The position numbers and the translations under genes were made by a program. Positions 31,967 through 40,488 of a stretch of DNA of 64,000 bases are shown piece after piece; the first letter of the stretch is position 1; each line of letters begins with the position of its first letter. The notes under the pieces are model-generated. The model was not told the DNA's origin and made no database searches. It saw only the letters and a program-made list of their open reading frames with translations. The DNA is from a virus (lineage: Duplodnaviria > Caudoviricetes): the IMG/VR virus record IMGVR_UViG_3300014205_000173; one strand, given 5' to 3'.

Positions 31967-33249
31967 TATTCTCTAACCAAATTATTTAATTTTTCTATTG
32001 ATTTAACAAAATTTTCTTTATCGTCTTTGTCTTTAACGACCCTTCTTTTACTCCAAACAAAATGTATTGCAAGCCAATCATTTCTACTAAAATTATCATT
32101 TAATATAAAATCCAACCCTTCTATATCATCTTTTACATATTTTATGTTTGTGTATTCTACTGGATTTGCCAAATAATCAAGAGTGTCTTTTCCGAACGAA
32201 AAAAATCTATCTTCTGTATATTTTGAATTTCCTAGAGAATTTAAAAGTTTAATTTGTTCTTCATACACTCTTTTTGAAAAATACGAACTAACAGTACTTG
32301 CCATCATATTAATGTCATGAATAGGACCTGAAGAAAAATTAATAAATCCTAATTTCTCTAAAAGAAAATTAAAATGATTTATAGTGCCTAATATAAATAT
32401 ATCATGATCGCACCAAATACCTCCAAATTCTTTTAAATAAAAGAATCTAAATATATCTGTAAAGCTCTCTATATTTATTATTTCTTTATCAAGCTTTTCC
32501 TTCCAAAAATGAGACTCTGGGAATGTATCTAAAACTTCCTCCATTCCAAATATTTTAAACCCTTTCTTTTTTAAGTTTTCTAAACAAGATTCTATTACTA
32601 TATTTTTATTTTTTAAATATTGATCTGAAAAGGTAAAAAAATTCATTTTCTCAACAGGGAAAAATGTCTTTTGTATTGGAAATATTTCCCTACCAGTAAA
32701 ATCAGACCAACTTTTTATTTTTTTAACATGATTATAATTTTTTAAATGAAATTCTATACCAGAGTAATCATCCAAAGAAAGCAACATAGTGCAAGCAGAA
32801 TAGTTGCTTCTAAAAAAATAAATATTATAACAATCAGGAACATCTAATTCTATCTTAAATAATTCACATTCTGAATCATGAATAATTATATTTTTAGATC
32901 TTAAATTTAAAAGAGTTTTAATTAAGTAAATCCTAGAATTCCAATCAGAATCAATAAAATAAAAATCTTCATTTAAAAGACCTTTATTTTTTAAAAAATC
33001 AAACTCTTGTGTCTTTTTAATTAAAAATAAATTTCTATTTATATCTATGTTTTCAGACAAACTATTGTAACATATATCATTATTTTCAAGAGAATGAAAC
33101 CTATATGAGTTATCTTTAAAATATTTAGTACTATAAAGTCCAGCCCCAAATTCTATAACAGACCCAAATTTACCTCCAATATATTTCCTTATAGATTCTA
33201 AAACATCTAAATGCGATAAATATGCAGGATTAAGATCAAAATTATACAT
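31966..33249 (-). CDS. Fusion of a methyltransferase-like domain and a GT32/DXD glycosyltransferase
   Basis: N-terminal VIEFGAGLYST, YFIDS, IIIHDSE; C-terminal DIFRFFYLKEFGGIWCDHD. Confidence 0.75.
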   Translation of the reverse strand: MYNFDLNPAYLSHLDVLESIRKYIGGKFGSVIEFGAGLYSTKYFKDNSYRFHSLENNDICYNSLSENIDINRNLFLIKKTQEFDFLKNKGLLNEDFYFIDSDWNSRIYLIKTLLNLRSKNIIIHDSECELFKIELDVPDCYNIYFFRSNYSACTMLLSLDDYSGIEFHLKNYNHVKKIKSWSDFTGREIFPIQKTFFPVEKMNFFTFSDQYLKNKNIVIESCLENLKKKGFKIFGMEEVLDTFPESHFWKEKLDKEIINIESFTDIFRFFYLKEFGGIWCDHDIFILGTINHFNFLLEKLGFINFSSGPIHDINMMASTVSSYFSKRVYEEQIKLLNSLGNSKYTEDRFFSFGKDTLDYLANPVEYTNIKYVKDDIEGLDFILNDNFSRNDWLAIHFVWSKRRVVKDKDDKENFVKSIEKLNNLVRE

Positions 33250-34306
33250 TCTTTTTTTCCTTACTTAAAGCCGCATTCAAACAACCAACAGCGGTTCCTG
33301 ATAGTGGATCTTTTGCTCTCCTAACACCTTTTATATCAAAAGGCCAATTATTTTCTTTTATAACCTTCTCAACCAACTCAGAGAATCCGTTTGGCATACT
33401 CGTTCCCCCGCTAATCACAACTTCAATCGGGTCCGTAAACTGAGTTCCCTTTGTTATAAATTCTTTTTTAAATTCCTTTATTACCTGAGAGACTAAAGAC
33501 CTATAATATACTGACAACGCATATGCCACTTCATCATTTGGATTTTGATTCAACAAATCTAATTGACCTAATCTTGATTTCTTTTCCTTCTGTACAGTAA
33601 CCTCACTTGAGGTTAATCCTATAACTCTAGAAACCTCTTCATCAATCCAATCTCCCCCTCTAGCAATTGAAAATTTTATTGTATCCTTTCCCTTATATGC
33701 CAAACATCCATTTGTACCACCAGCACCCCAACTAATTCCAATACCAGTCATATTTAACTCTTCACCATACTCATCTTTAGTTGTTGGGTTTGTAGCAAAA
33801 ACAATTGCTAATGATTCCGTTAATGGATATACTTCATATCCTAACTCAGATATAAACTGCAAACACAAGTCCTGATGAAATGTATTTGAAACACTTCCAT
33901 CTAATGGATTTGCCGGAATAGAAACAACGCAAATTTCGCCATCTTTCTCTGGAGGTCCAATTAATTTTTGTGACATATATTTTAACATTTGAATTGCTTT
34001 TTTTTCAGAGCGACTATTAATAACCATATTTGCCATTGGTCTTCTCAACATTGTTCTTCTTTGCCCATTACTATCATTACTAGATGTAATGTTGCAAATT
34101 TTAATGCTGTCCTTACCAATAACAAAGATTCTCTCTTCTCCTAGCTCTGTATCTTTAATATAGTTGCTGCCAGCCAGCATATCCTCACCATCAACAGGAA
34201 TGTCTACAAAGCAATTTCTTTCACTTTTTATAACAGTTTCATTATCTTTGTTTTTTCTTGCTGAAACAAGAATCGAAGTTCCAAAATCAAATCCTACTGG
34301 AGACAT
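33242..34306 (-). CDS. Actin-fold (ASKHA) ATPase, volactin-like
   Basis: Phosphate-1 GFDFGTS, connect-1 E-S-L-A, phosphate-2 GISWGAGGTN, FSIARGGDWID, adenosine VVISGGTS, connect-2 DPL..TAVG. Confidence 0.88.
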   Translation of the reverse strand: MSPVGFDFGTSILVSARKNKDNETVIKSERNCFVDIPVDGEDMLAGSNYIKDTELGEERIFVIGKDSIKICNITSSNDSNGQRRTMLRRPMANMVINSRSEKKAIQMLKYMSQKLIGPPEKDGEICVVSIPANPLDGSVSNTFHQDLCLQFISELGYEVYPLTESLAIVFATNPTTKDEYGEELNMTGIGISWGAGGTNGCLAYKGKDTIKFSIARGGDWIDEEVSRVIGLTSSEVTVQKEKKSRLGQLDLLNQNPNDEVAYALSVYYRSLVSQVIKEFKKEFITKGTQFTDPIEVVISGGTSMPNGFSELVEKVIKENNWPFDIKGVRRAKDPLSGTAVGCLNAALSKEKKNV

Positions 34307-34385
34307 AATAAACCACCTATCTTATATATTTATTACTTTTCTTTCAAAACATTTTGAACAAACCTTAAATTTCATTTACTTTTCT

Positions 34386-34901
34386 CTAAAAATCTATAAA
34401 ATCATCCAACCCATTAGATTCGCTATTTTTAATTTTATTTTCTTGATTCCCAAAATTGTCTAAATTAATTTTGGCCATTCCGCTATCTCTTTTAAATACG
34501 AGATCTTTCATTAAATTTTGACGAAGAGCCTCATCTGTTTTTTCCTCTTCTTTGTTTTCTTTTTTATTTTCGTCGTTAGAAGTATCAATATTATTTTTTA
34601 AAATTTCTTTTATTATTCCTGTAAAAATTTCTGGCTTTAAACTTTCTAATAATAGATCTAACTTTTTATGAACTTCAGTATTCCCAGTATTTTCAACCAC
34701 AGTATCACTATCAGTTAATACTTCAATTAACTCAAGCTGATTCCCCAAATATGGTTTTATTTCTGGATGCGTTTCTAAAGACGAAACATTTAATCCTGTC
34801 TTTTCTACTAGATCAAATATATCGCCTTTTCTAAAAGTTATATTAAGCTTTTTAAAGTGAAGAACTCCAGATCCACAATATCTAACAACATATCTGGACA
34901 T
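34386..34901 (-). CDS. Hypothetical protein, candidate adaptor of the actin-like ATPase
   Basis: Directly upstream of the actin gene. N-terminal ~60 aa resemble the N-terminus of the neighbouring GT4; charged tail ending LDDFIDF. Confidence 0.55.
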   Translation of the reverse strand: MSRYVVRYCGSGVLHFKKLNITFRKGDIFDLVEKTGLNVSSLETHPEIKPYLGNQLELIEVLTDSDTVVENTGNTEVHKKLDLLLESLKPEIFTGIIKEILKNNIDTSNDENKKENKEEEKTDEALRQNLMKDLVFKRDSGMAKINLDNFGNQENKIKNSESNGLDDFIDF

Positions 34902-34904
34902 ATT

Positions 34905-36443
34905 TTATTGTGCCGTAAGCCTTTCATAAATTTTTTCTACAGAAAGATCCCAAGTACACTTTTCTCTAACGTAATTCATAAGAGCTTCACCACGTTCCTT
35001 AGACTCTCTTCTATTGATATATACATGGCTCATTGTTTCTGACAGTTGATCTATTGCCTTTTGTCCCAAAACTGCAAATGTAACATTTTCATAATACGAA
35101 GAGATATCTTTTATTTCTTGTTTTTCTACGCCATAACCATCTATGTCTATCAAATAAGAATTGCTGTCATTTAGAAACTCTAGTTGACCTCCACATCTTG
35201 TTGATATAACGGGCAAAGAACACGCTCCAGCCTCAACCATTGGAAGCCCATACCCTTCACCTCTTGATGGTAAAACAAAACAATCACATAAGTTATATAA
35301 CGATGGCATATCTGCCTCTGGAATTCCAACACCAACATGAACTATGTGTGGATGATTTTCTGGATTTTTAGAAAATGTTTTTATGTAAGAAGATATTTCG
35401 TCACGTATTCTTTTTATATTTTCAACAGAAGAACTTCCATTTAATCTTGAAACTATTAAAAGTGTAACATCGTCATTTTTTGAAAAAGATTTTAAATATG
35501 ATTTTAATAAAACATCATTGCCTTTGCGTAAACTCCAACCAAAAACACTAAGAAAAACAAATCCCTTTGTTTTTATATTAAACTTTTCTTTTTTAATTAA
35601 AGATCTATCTATGGGCTTGTAAAGCGATGTGTCAACACCTAATGGGATTTTTATAAGCTTCGATTTAAATTCTTTATCATTTGATAAAATATCAAAATTA
35701 CTTTGAGATGGAACCCAAACTTCATCAGCATAATTTAGTTTCTTTAAAAAAGAAGGATGAACAGTTCCTGACTCTAACATTGTAAAATAAACTATTTTAC
35801 CTTGTCTTGTTGGAAATTTTGGTGGCATTATTGCCCAAACAGCAGGTGACTTTGGATCTACCTTATTATTCAACATTTCCTGCAAATCTTTTGACAATGG
35901 TATTGTATTTCTAATGCTAGGAATATTATGCATATCTAATTCTATATGCATTTTTTTTCCTAGTCCCTTAAGGCAATAGTGATTCATTTTCCCATATCCA
36001 CCCATATCATCAGCAGGACCCCTCCACCACACATTTGGTAAAGAATTATTTTCTTTTTTAATATCCTCTGATTTTAATGGACTTTCTTTAGGAATTTCTT
36101 CAATATTTCCAAAAGAAAAAACATCCTCTATGTTTTTTTTATCTTCTAGAATTTCTTTCTTTACCTCCCCATCAGAAGCCCTTAAAGATCTAACATCTCT
36201 GATTTTATTTTTTTCATCAGAAGACTTTTCTACTACAAAAACTTCTTCCAAGGGTTCATTTCCATTTACTTCAACAAACTTTCCAGACTGAAAAAGAGAT
36301 TTAATTAATGGATGAGATTCTGCTAAAGATTTTTCTATTTCCCAAATTCTTTTAGGATCAAAACTTACTGGTTTAACTTTATTTATTTCAGTTATAAAAT
36401 AGTTTTGTCCAGAGATATTCTTAAAAAAAATTTTTTCTTGCAT
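34905..36443 (-). CDS. GT4 glycosyltransferase with an extra N-terminal domain and charged linker
   Basis: GGYGKM, FLSVFGWSLRKG, DCFVLPSRGEGYGLPMVEA, TW; ~135-aa N-terminal extension. Confidence 0.9.
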   Translation of the reverse strand: MQEKIFFKNISGQNYFITEINKVKPVSFDPKRIWEIEKSLAESHPLIKSLFQSGKFVEVNGNEPLEEVFVVEKSSDEKNKIRDVRSLRASDGEVKKEILEDKKNIEDVFSFGNIEEIPKESPLKSEDIKKENNSLPNVWWRGPADDMGGYGKMNHYCLKGLGKKMHIELDMHNIPSIRNTIPLSKDLQEMLNNKVDPKSPAVWAIMPPKFPTRQGKIVYFTMLESGTVHPSFLKKLNYADEVWVPSQSNFDILSNDKEFKSKLIKIPLGVDTSLYKPIDRSLIKKEKFNIKTKGFVFLSVFGWSLRKGNDVLLKSYLKSFSKNDDVTLLIVSRLNGSSSVENIKRIRDEISSYIKTFSKNPENHPHIVHVGVGIPEADMPSLYNLCDCFVLPSRGEGYGLPMVEAGACSLPVISTRCGGQLEFLNDSNSYLIDIDGYGVEKQEIKDISSYYENVTFAVLGQKAIDQLSETMSHVYINRRESKERGEALMNYVREKCTWDLSVEKIYERLTAQ

Positions 36444-36557
36444 AAAGATCCTTTTTATTTTTTTATGTTTTTTCTTCTATGTTTTAGATAACATTTTCTA
36501 CATAATCCTATCTTACTTTTTACAGATACGGTATTTTTACAAGATTCGTTTTTACAA

Positions 36558-36792
36558 TCCCTTTGTGGTATTTTGAATACAGATAAATTTATAAAACGGG
36601 TCTATAAAACCCATTGTGGCTCTAAGCTGGATCGTGATTTTAATGCTTCGGTGAATATTTTCAACATGCCCAAATTAACGTTTGTGAAGATGGGACAACC
36701 ACTAAGGACAGTAAGGAACACCTTGTGGGTATAATAATTCAAACTTCAAACACATTCTCGTACATCATACCTTAGAAGCTTGTGTAGATCAC
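36558..36792 (+). pseudogene. tnpB: Decayed IS200/IS605-family tnpB 3' end with right-end remnant
   Basis: Hand translation SLCGILNTDKFIKRVYKTHCGSKLDRDFNASVNIF (eroded Zn ribbon plus RuvC-III DRDxNA), stop at 36732-36734; GAAGC...GTAGATCAC end at 36775-36792. Confidence 0.75.
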
Positions 36793-36806
36793 TGCAAATA
36801 TTATAG

Positions 36807-37871
36807 TTATTTGTAAAGATATCTGAAAAAACGGCTTCTTCCACCCGGAAGTGTATACTCCGGGGTAACTATGGATGTAATTGTTGGAAGTTTAACTTTT
36901 TTAGCTTCTAAAAGCTTTTCCCATGCTTCTTTGTAAGATGCATATAGGTCTTTAAATATATCTTTAGTTTGCTTCCATCCATCATTCCACGATTCATTAT
37001 CAAATATTATTCTTCTTTCTTGTAAGGATAGTCCCAATAATAACTGTCTAAATGCATACATTGCTGCACCAATCATCAAAATTTGTTGATAAAGTTCATT
37101 GGTATTAAATATATTTGATGGTCCACCAAATGGTGGATTTATTTTCCAAACAGCAGCGGCTTGTTTAAAAAATGACTTTATTTCTTCGTCTGAAAAATAA
37201 CTAAAATTATAATCAACATCTATCTGATCTGCATAATCAATATCGCCATGCTCAAGATTGTCATTGTTGAAAAAAATTTGTCCATTTTTATAGTCTATTG
37301 TATATCCGGAATCTATAATCAACTGATTTCTTCTAACAACAGTTCTTGGTCTTACGTTCCAATTACCAAAAGCAGCATGAAAAACGGTTGGAGAAGTACT
37401 GCTATTTGGCCTTAAAACCTCAGCATACACAGGGATCTTTACAGCAGAATCTATAAACGCAAATTTAAAGTCAGAGATAATACCATTATTTAATGTTGTA
37501 AAAGAGGTTTCGTACTCTTCCATTTCAACAGGAACTGCTGGTGAAACAACATATGTTTTAACGTTTACTTTAACTGTTATTGATTGGTTTTCATCAAAAG
37601 GCATTTCAGGAACAACATTAACATTGTAGTGAGTTTTTTTTGAGGCATCACCAATATATTTAATTTCTATTAAGGTTGGATCTGCTTCTAAGTCATAAAT
37701 AACGTAATTTACTTCATCTGCAATTACGTTAGAAGTCATGTCAATTCTTACTGAAAGAGTTGAAATATCTATTTGGTCTCCATCCATACCAACCAAATCA
37801 AAACTTATATTACAAATAGTAGAAACTTCTGTTTCTGTATCTCTTGGTAAAAAATTTCTAACTTCTAACAT
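36807..37871 (-). CDS. Neck/head-tail connector-like protein with an N-terminal Ig-like domain
   Basis: Ig-like N-terminus, YTIDYKNGQIFF, helical connector-like C-terminus (FSDEEIKSFF). Confidence 0.55.
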   Translation of the reverse strand: MLEVRNFLPRDTETEVSTICNISFDLVGMDGDQIDISTLSVRIDMTSNVIADEVNYVIYDLEADPTLIEIKYIGDASKKTHYNVNVVPEMPFDENQSITVKVNVKTYVVSPAVPVEMEEYETSFTTLNNGIISDFKFAFIDSAVKIPVYAEVLRPNSSTSPTVFHAAFGNWNVRPRTVVRRNQLIIDSGYTIDYKNGQIFFNNDNLEHGDIDYADQIDVDYNFSYFSDEEIKSFFKQAAAVWKINPPFGGPSNIFNTNELYQQILMIGAAMYAFRQLLLGLSLQERRIIFDNESWNDGWKQTKDIFKDLYASYKEAWEKLLEAKKVKLPTITSIVTPEYTLPGGRSRFFRYLYK

Positions 37872-37881
37872 TTCTAATTCC

Positions 37882-38427
37882 TCACCTATAGATCACATCT
37901 ACAACTAACAAACTTCCAGAAACATTTTCATAATCTATATAAAATCCTGTTTCTGTTTCTGGAACACGAACCACAATGGTTGTTGTCGGTGTAGGTGAAG
38001 TAAACGTAACGTTTTTAACATATTTAATTGCAAAGTTATCTGAAACATCTGGATTTGTCAACAGGCTGTCACCAATAATTAGAGTAAACTCCTCATTACC
38101 AGTTTCCTCTGTGTAGTCTAAATCTTTTGTTAAAAGAATCCCATTATAATATAGTTGCAATGATCCTGAGACATATATATCTCCGGCACTACTAGAAATA
38201 TCTCCTACATTATACAGCAAGTTACTTGTTGGTGTATTTGGGCTAAAAAAAACAGGACCAACCTCATCATCACTAGAAATTTGTCCTACTGATGCATTTT
38301 GAACCATTCCCCAAGAAACCATAAATCCTGTTTCAACAAAAATAGAACCCGTAGAAGTTGCTACTGTCTCTGATACTCTTGTTAGTTTAGGAATATTATC
38401 TTCTGCAAGAGTCATTTTTCTTATCAT
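37882..38427 (-). CDS. Putative virion protein
   Basis: SLQLYYNGILL..DLDYTE motif common in virion proteins; first gene after the terminator. Confidence 0.55.
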   Translation of the reverse strand: MIRKMTLAEDNIPKLTRVSETVATSTGSIFVETGFMVSWGMVQNASVGQISSDDEVGPVFFSPNTPTSNLLYNVGDISSSAGDIYVSGSLQLYYNGILLTKDLDYTEETGNEEFTLIIGDSLLTNPDVSDNFAIKYVKNVTFTSPTPTTTIVVRVPETETGFYIDYENVSGSLLVVDVIYR

Positions 38428-38504
38428 TTAAGCTTCCAAGATGTCCGTATAAATTATAATCTTCTGTAAGCTTTCTTTAAAAAAAAACCAAAAACCTTTT
38501 AAAT

Positions 38505-38532
38505 AAAAAAAAACCATCAAAACGATGGTTTT
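38505..38532 (-). terminator. Intrinsic terminator separating the replication block from the morphogenesis block
   Basis: AAAACCATC-N5-GATGGTTTT hairpin (38510-38532) followed by a poly-T run on the minus strand. Confidence 0.65.
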
Positions 38533-38857
38533 ATTTCTTTCTATTTATTTCTCCCGTTTGTATGTTTATTGCATACTCTTCAATTTCATTTTCTTTAATT
38601 CCTAAAGAAATTAATCCTTCTTTTATTTTTTCTTTAAAATTTTCTTTAAGTCTAAAGAAATCAACAATTAATGCATTTTTTGAGATCTCTAACTCTGCAA
38701 TTTTTTTAATATTTTTGTCTTCAGAGTTTAAGACATTATATTTATTTAACTCTATTTGCCCTATTGTCTTTGTAATATTTAAAATTGTTTTTGATATTAC
38801 ATTTATCTCTTCTTTTAATTTGTCTTGTAAAACTTTGGATTCTATTGTTTTTTCCAC
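38531..38857 (-). CDS. Hypothetical coiled-coil protein
   Basis: 108 aa, GTG start, heptad pattern. Confidence 0.55.
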   Translation of the reverse strand: MEKTIESKVLQDKLKEEINVISKTILNITKTIGQIELNKYNVLNSEDKNIKKIAELEISKNALIVDFFRLKENFKEKIKEGLISLGIKENEIEEYAINIQTGEINRKK

Positions 38858-38859
38858 AA

Positions 38860-39663
38860 CTATCCCCCCATAAATTTTCTCATTTCTGATTCAGTCATTG
38901 GCCCGTCCAAATCTATAGAAGATTCTATTGTTTCTAATAAATTCCCTAAAGATGGACCTCTTGTTTCTGGATTTATTTCTATTGTGTTTTCATTAGTATC
39001 TTCGTAAAGCTCTCCACGATTAACCTTATCTACAATAGATTCTGGCTTTCCACGATCAGAAACCCTAGAAATTCCAGAAGAACTCCTTTTAGCTGTTTTT
39101 GATACTGGATCTACTATATTATCATCTATTGCATTTTCTTTTAATTGAATAAATTTTTGTTTTTCCTTCCATACTGCTTTCATTCCAATATCTCTTTCGG
39201 ATTTAGTCACATCTGTAATTTTTCCCGTTTCATAAAGCCTTAATAGTTCCTCATTTTTTAATTCAGACTCACTTAGTTCTTTTTTATATTTAAAATCAAC
39301 TATTTCTATAGCTTTTTGGAAACCCTTATTTCTTCCAGAATCACAAATTTCATTTGTTAAAATAATAATAGGACTTCCAGTAAGATTTTTTATATAATTT
39401 TTTTCTAAAGAATTTGATTCGTTAGTATTATCACATTTTTTATCAACCGTTACATTTCTTGAAAAATTATTTTTTGGTACGTCTACACTATTTAGGTTTC
39501 TTTTTTCTCTAGACTTTCTTTTCAACAAATTCCTATTAAATGGATCTGACTTTATTTTTCTCCTCAAAATATCTTGAGGCATAGTAAATTCATCTATATC
39601 ATCTAATGTTTGAATATACTTTGAATTTTCAGAAATAAAAATAATACTATTTAAAATATCCAT
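38860..39663 (-). CDS. Hypothetical protein
   Basis: Internal YIKNLTGS...LLRLYETGKITDV segment loosely like the N-termini at 34386 and 34905. Confidence 0.55.
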   Translation of the reverse strand: MDILNSIIFISENSKYIQTLDDIDEFTMPQDILRRKIKSDPFNRNLLKRKSREKRNLNSVDVPKNNFSRNVTVDKKCDNTNESNSLEKNYIKNLTGSPIIILTNEICDSGRNKGFQKAIEIVDFKYKKELSESELKNEELLRLYETGKITDVTKSERDIGMKAVWKEKQKFIQLKENAIDDNIVDPVSKTAKRSSSGISRVSDRGKPESIVDKVNRGELYEDTNENTIEINPETRGPSLGNLLETIESSIDLDGPMTESEMRKFMGG

Positions 39664-39670
39664 AAACTAT

Positions 39671-40018
39671 TTACTCATCTGTTTCATTTTCTAAAACAGG
39701 TTTTTGATTTTGATTTACAAAATGATCACTCAAACCTTTTATGTATTCTTCTAGCTTTGCATCAAATCCTTCAAGCAAAATACGTTCACCTGTTAAGGAA
39801 ACAAATCTTTTGTTTTTCCCATCATAAAGACCGGGGATACCAATACTCTTATATGGTGATTGTTCATCATCCTTATCGGATATTGACGCCCAAACAACAC
39901 ATGGTTCAAGTGGAACAACACTAATAACACTGTCTACTTTGTAATTCTTGTAGTCTTGTTTTTTATTTTCTGTCTTTTCTTTTTTTTCAAAATCTTTTTC
40001 TTCCATATATTTCTCCAA
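39671..40018 (-). CDS. Hypothetical protein
   Basis: ORF within the operon; the true start may be the ATG four codons in. Confidence 0.55.
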   Translation of the reverse strand: MEKYMEEKDFEKKEKTENKKQDYKNYKVDSVISVVPLEPCVVWASISDKDDEQSPYKSIGIPGLYDGKNKRFVSLTGERILLEGFDAKLEEYIKGLSDHFVNQNQKPVLENETDE

Positions 40019-40024
40019 ATATTG

Positions 40025-40237
40025 TTAGTATGATATTCCACCTATTTTAGGAAATTTTTTTTGATCTGATTTTCCCAATATTATTTTATTTTCAAAATTA
40101 CAATAAGGACACATAAATGCCAAAGACTGATCTAAAGAATCTATTTTTACTTCAACAACATATTTCTTATCATCAGTTATACCTAACTCTTTTCTGCATT
40201 TTTTATTACCACACACAAGGGTTAATTCTATGTTCAT
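40025..40237 (-). CDS. Small Zn-ribbon protein
   Basis: CGNKKC...CPYC. Confidence 0.65.
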   Translation of the reverse strand: MNIELTLVCGNKKCRKELGITDDKKYVVEVKIDSLDQSLAFMCPYCNFENKIILGKSDQKKFPKIGGISY

Positions 40238-40488
40238 TTTACGATATTTCCTGTGTCATCAAACTGGTCTAATATTTTTTTACTTACCAGTGGGTGTACG
40301 TTCACTCCAACTCCATTACTTTCGTCACCCCTTCCAAGATAAACAACTAAATGTTTTCCCATAACTTCGTCATGTGATAAATATGCTCTAAGATCTAAAT
40401 GCTCAGTAATCTCGATTAAGTCTTCTGTATTGGTAAGTTTTGGTTTTTCATACAAACCATCCCCTACTTTTTGTAATTTTTCAGTCAT
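40234..40488 (-). CDS. Small hypothetical protein
   Basis: ATGA-coupled on both sides. Confidence 0.6.
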   Translation of the reverse strand: MTEKLQKVGDGLYEKPKLTNTEDLIEITEHLDLRAYLSHDEVMGKHLVVYLGRGDESNGVGVNVHPLVSKKILDQFDDTGNIVK

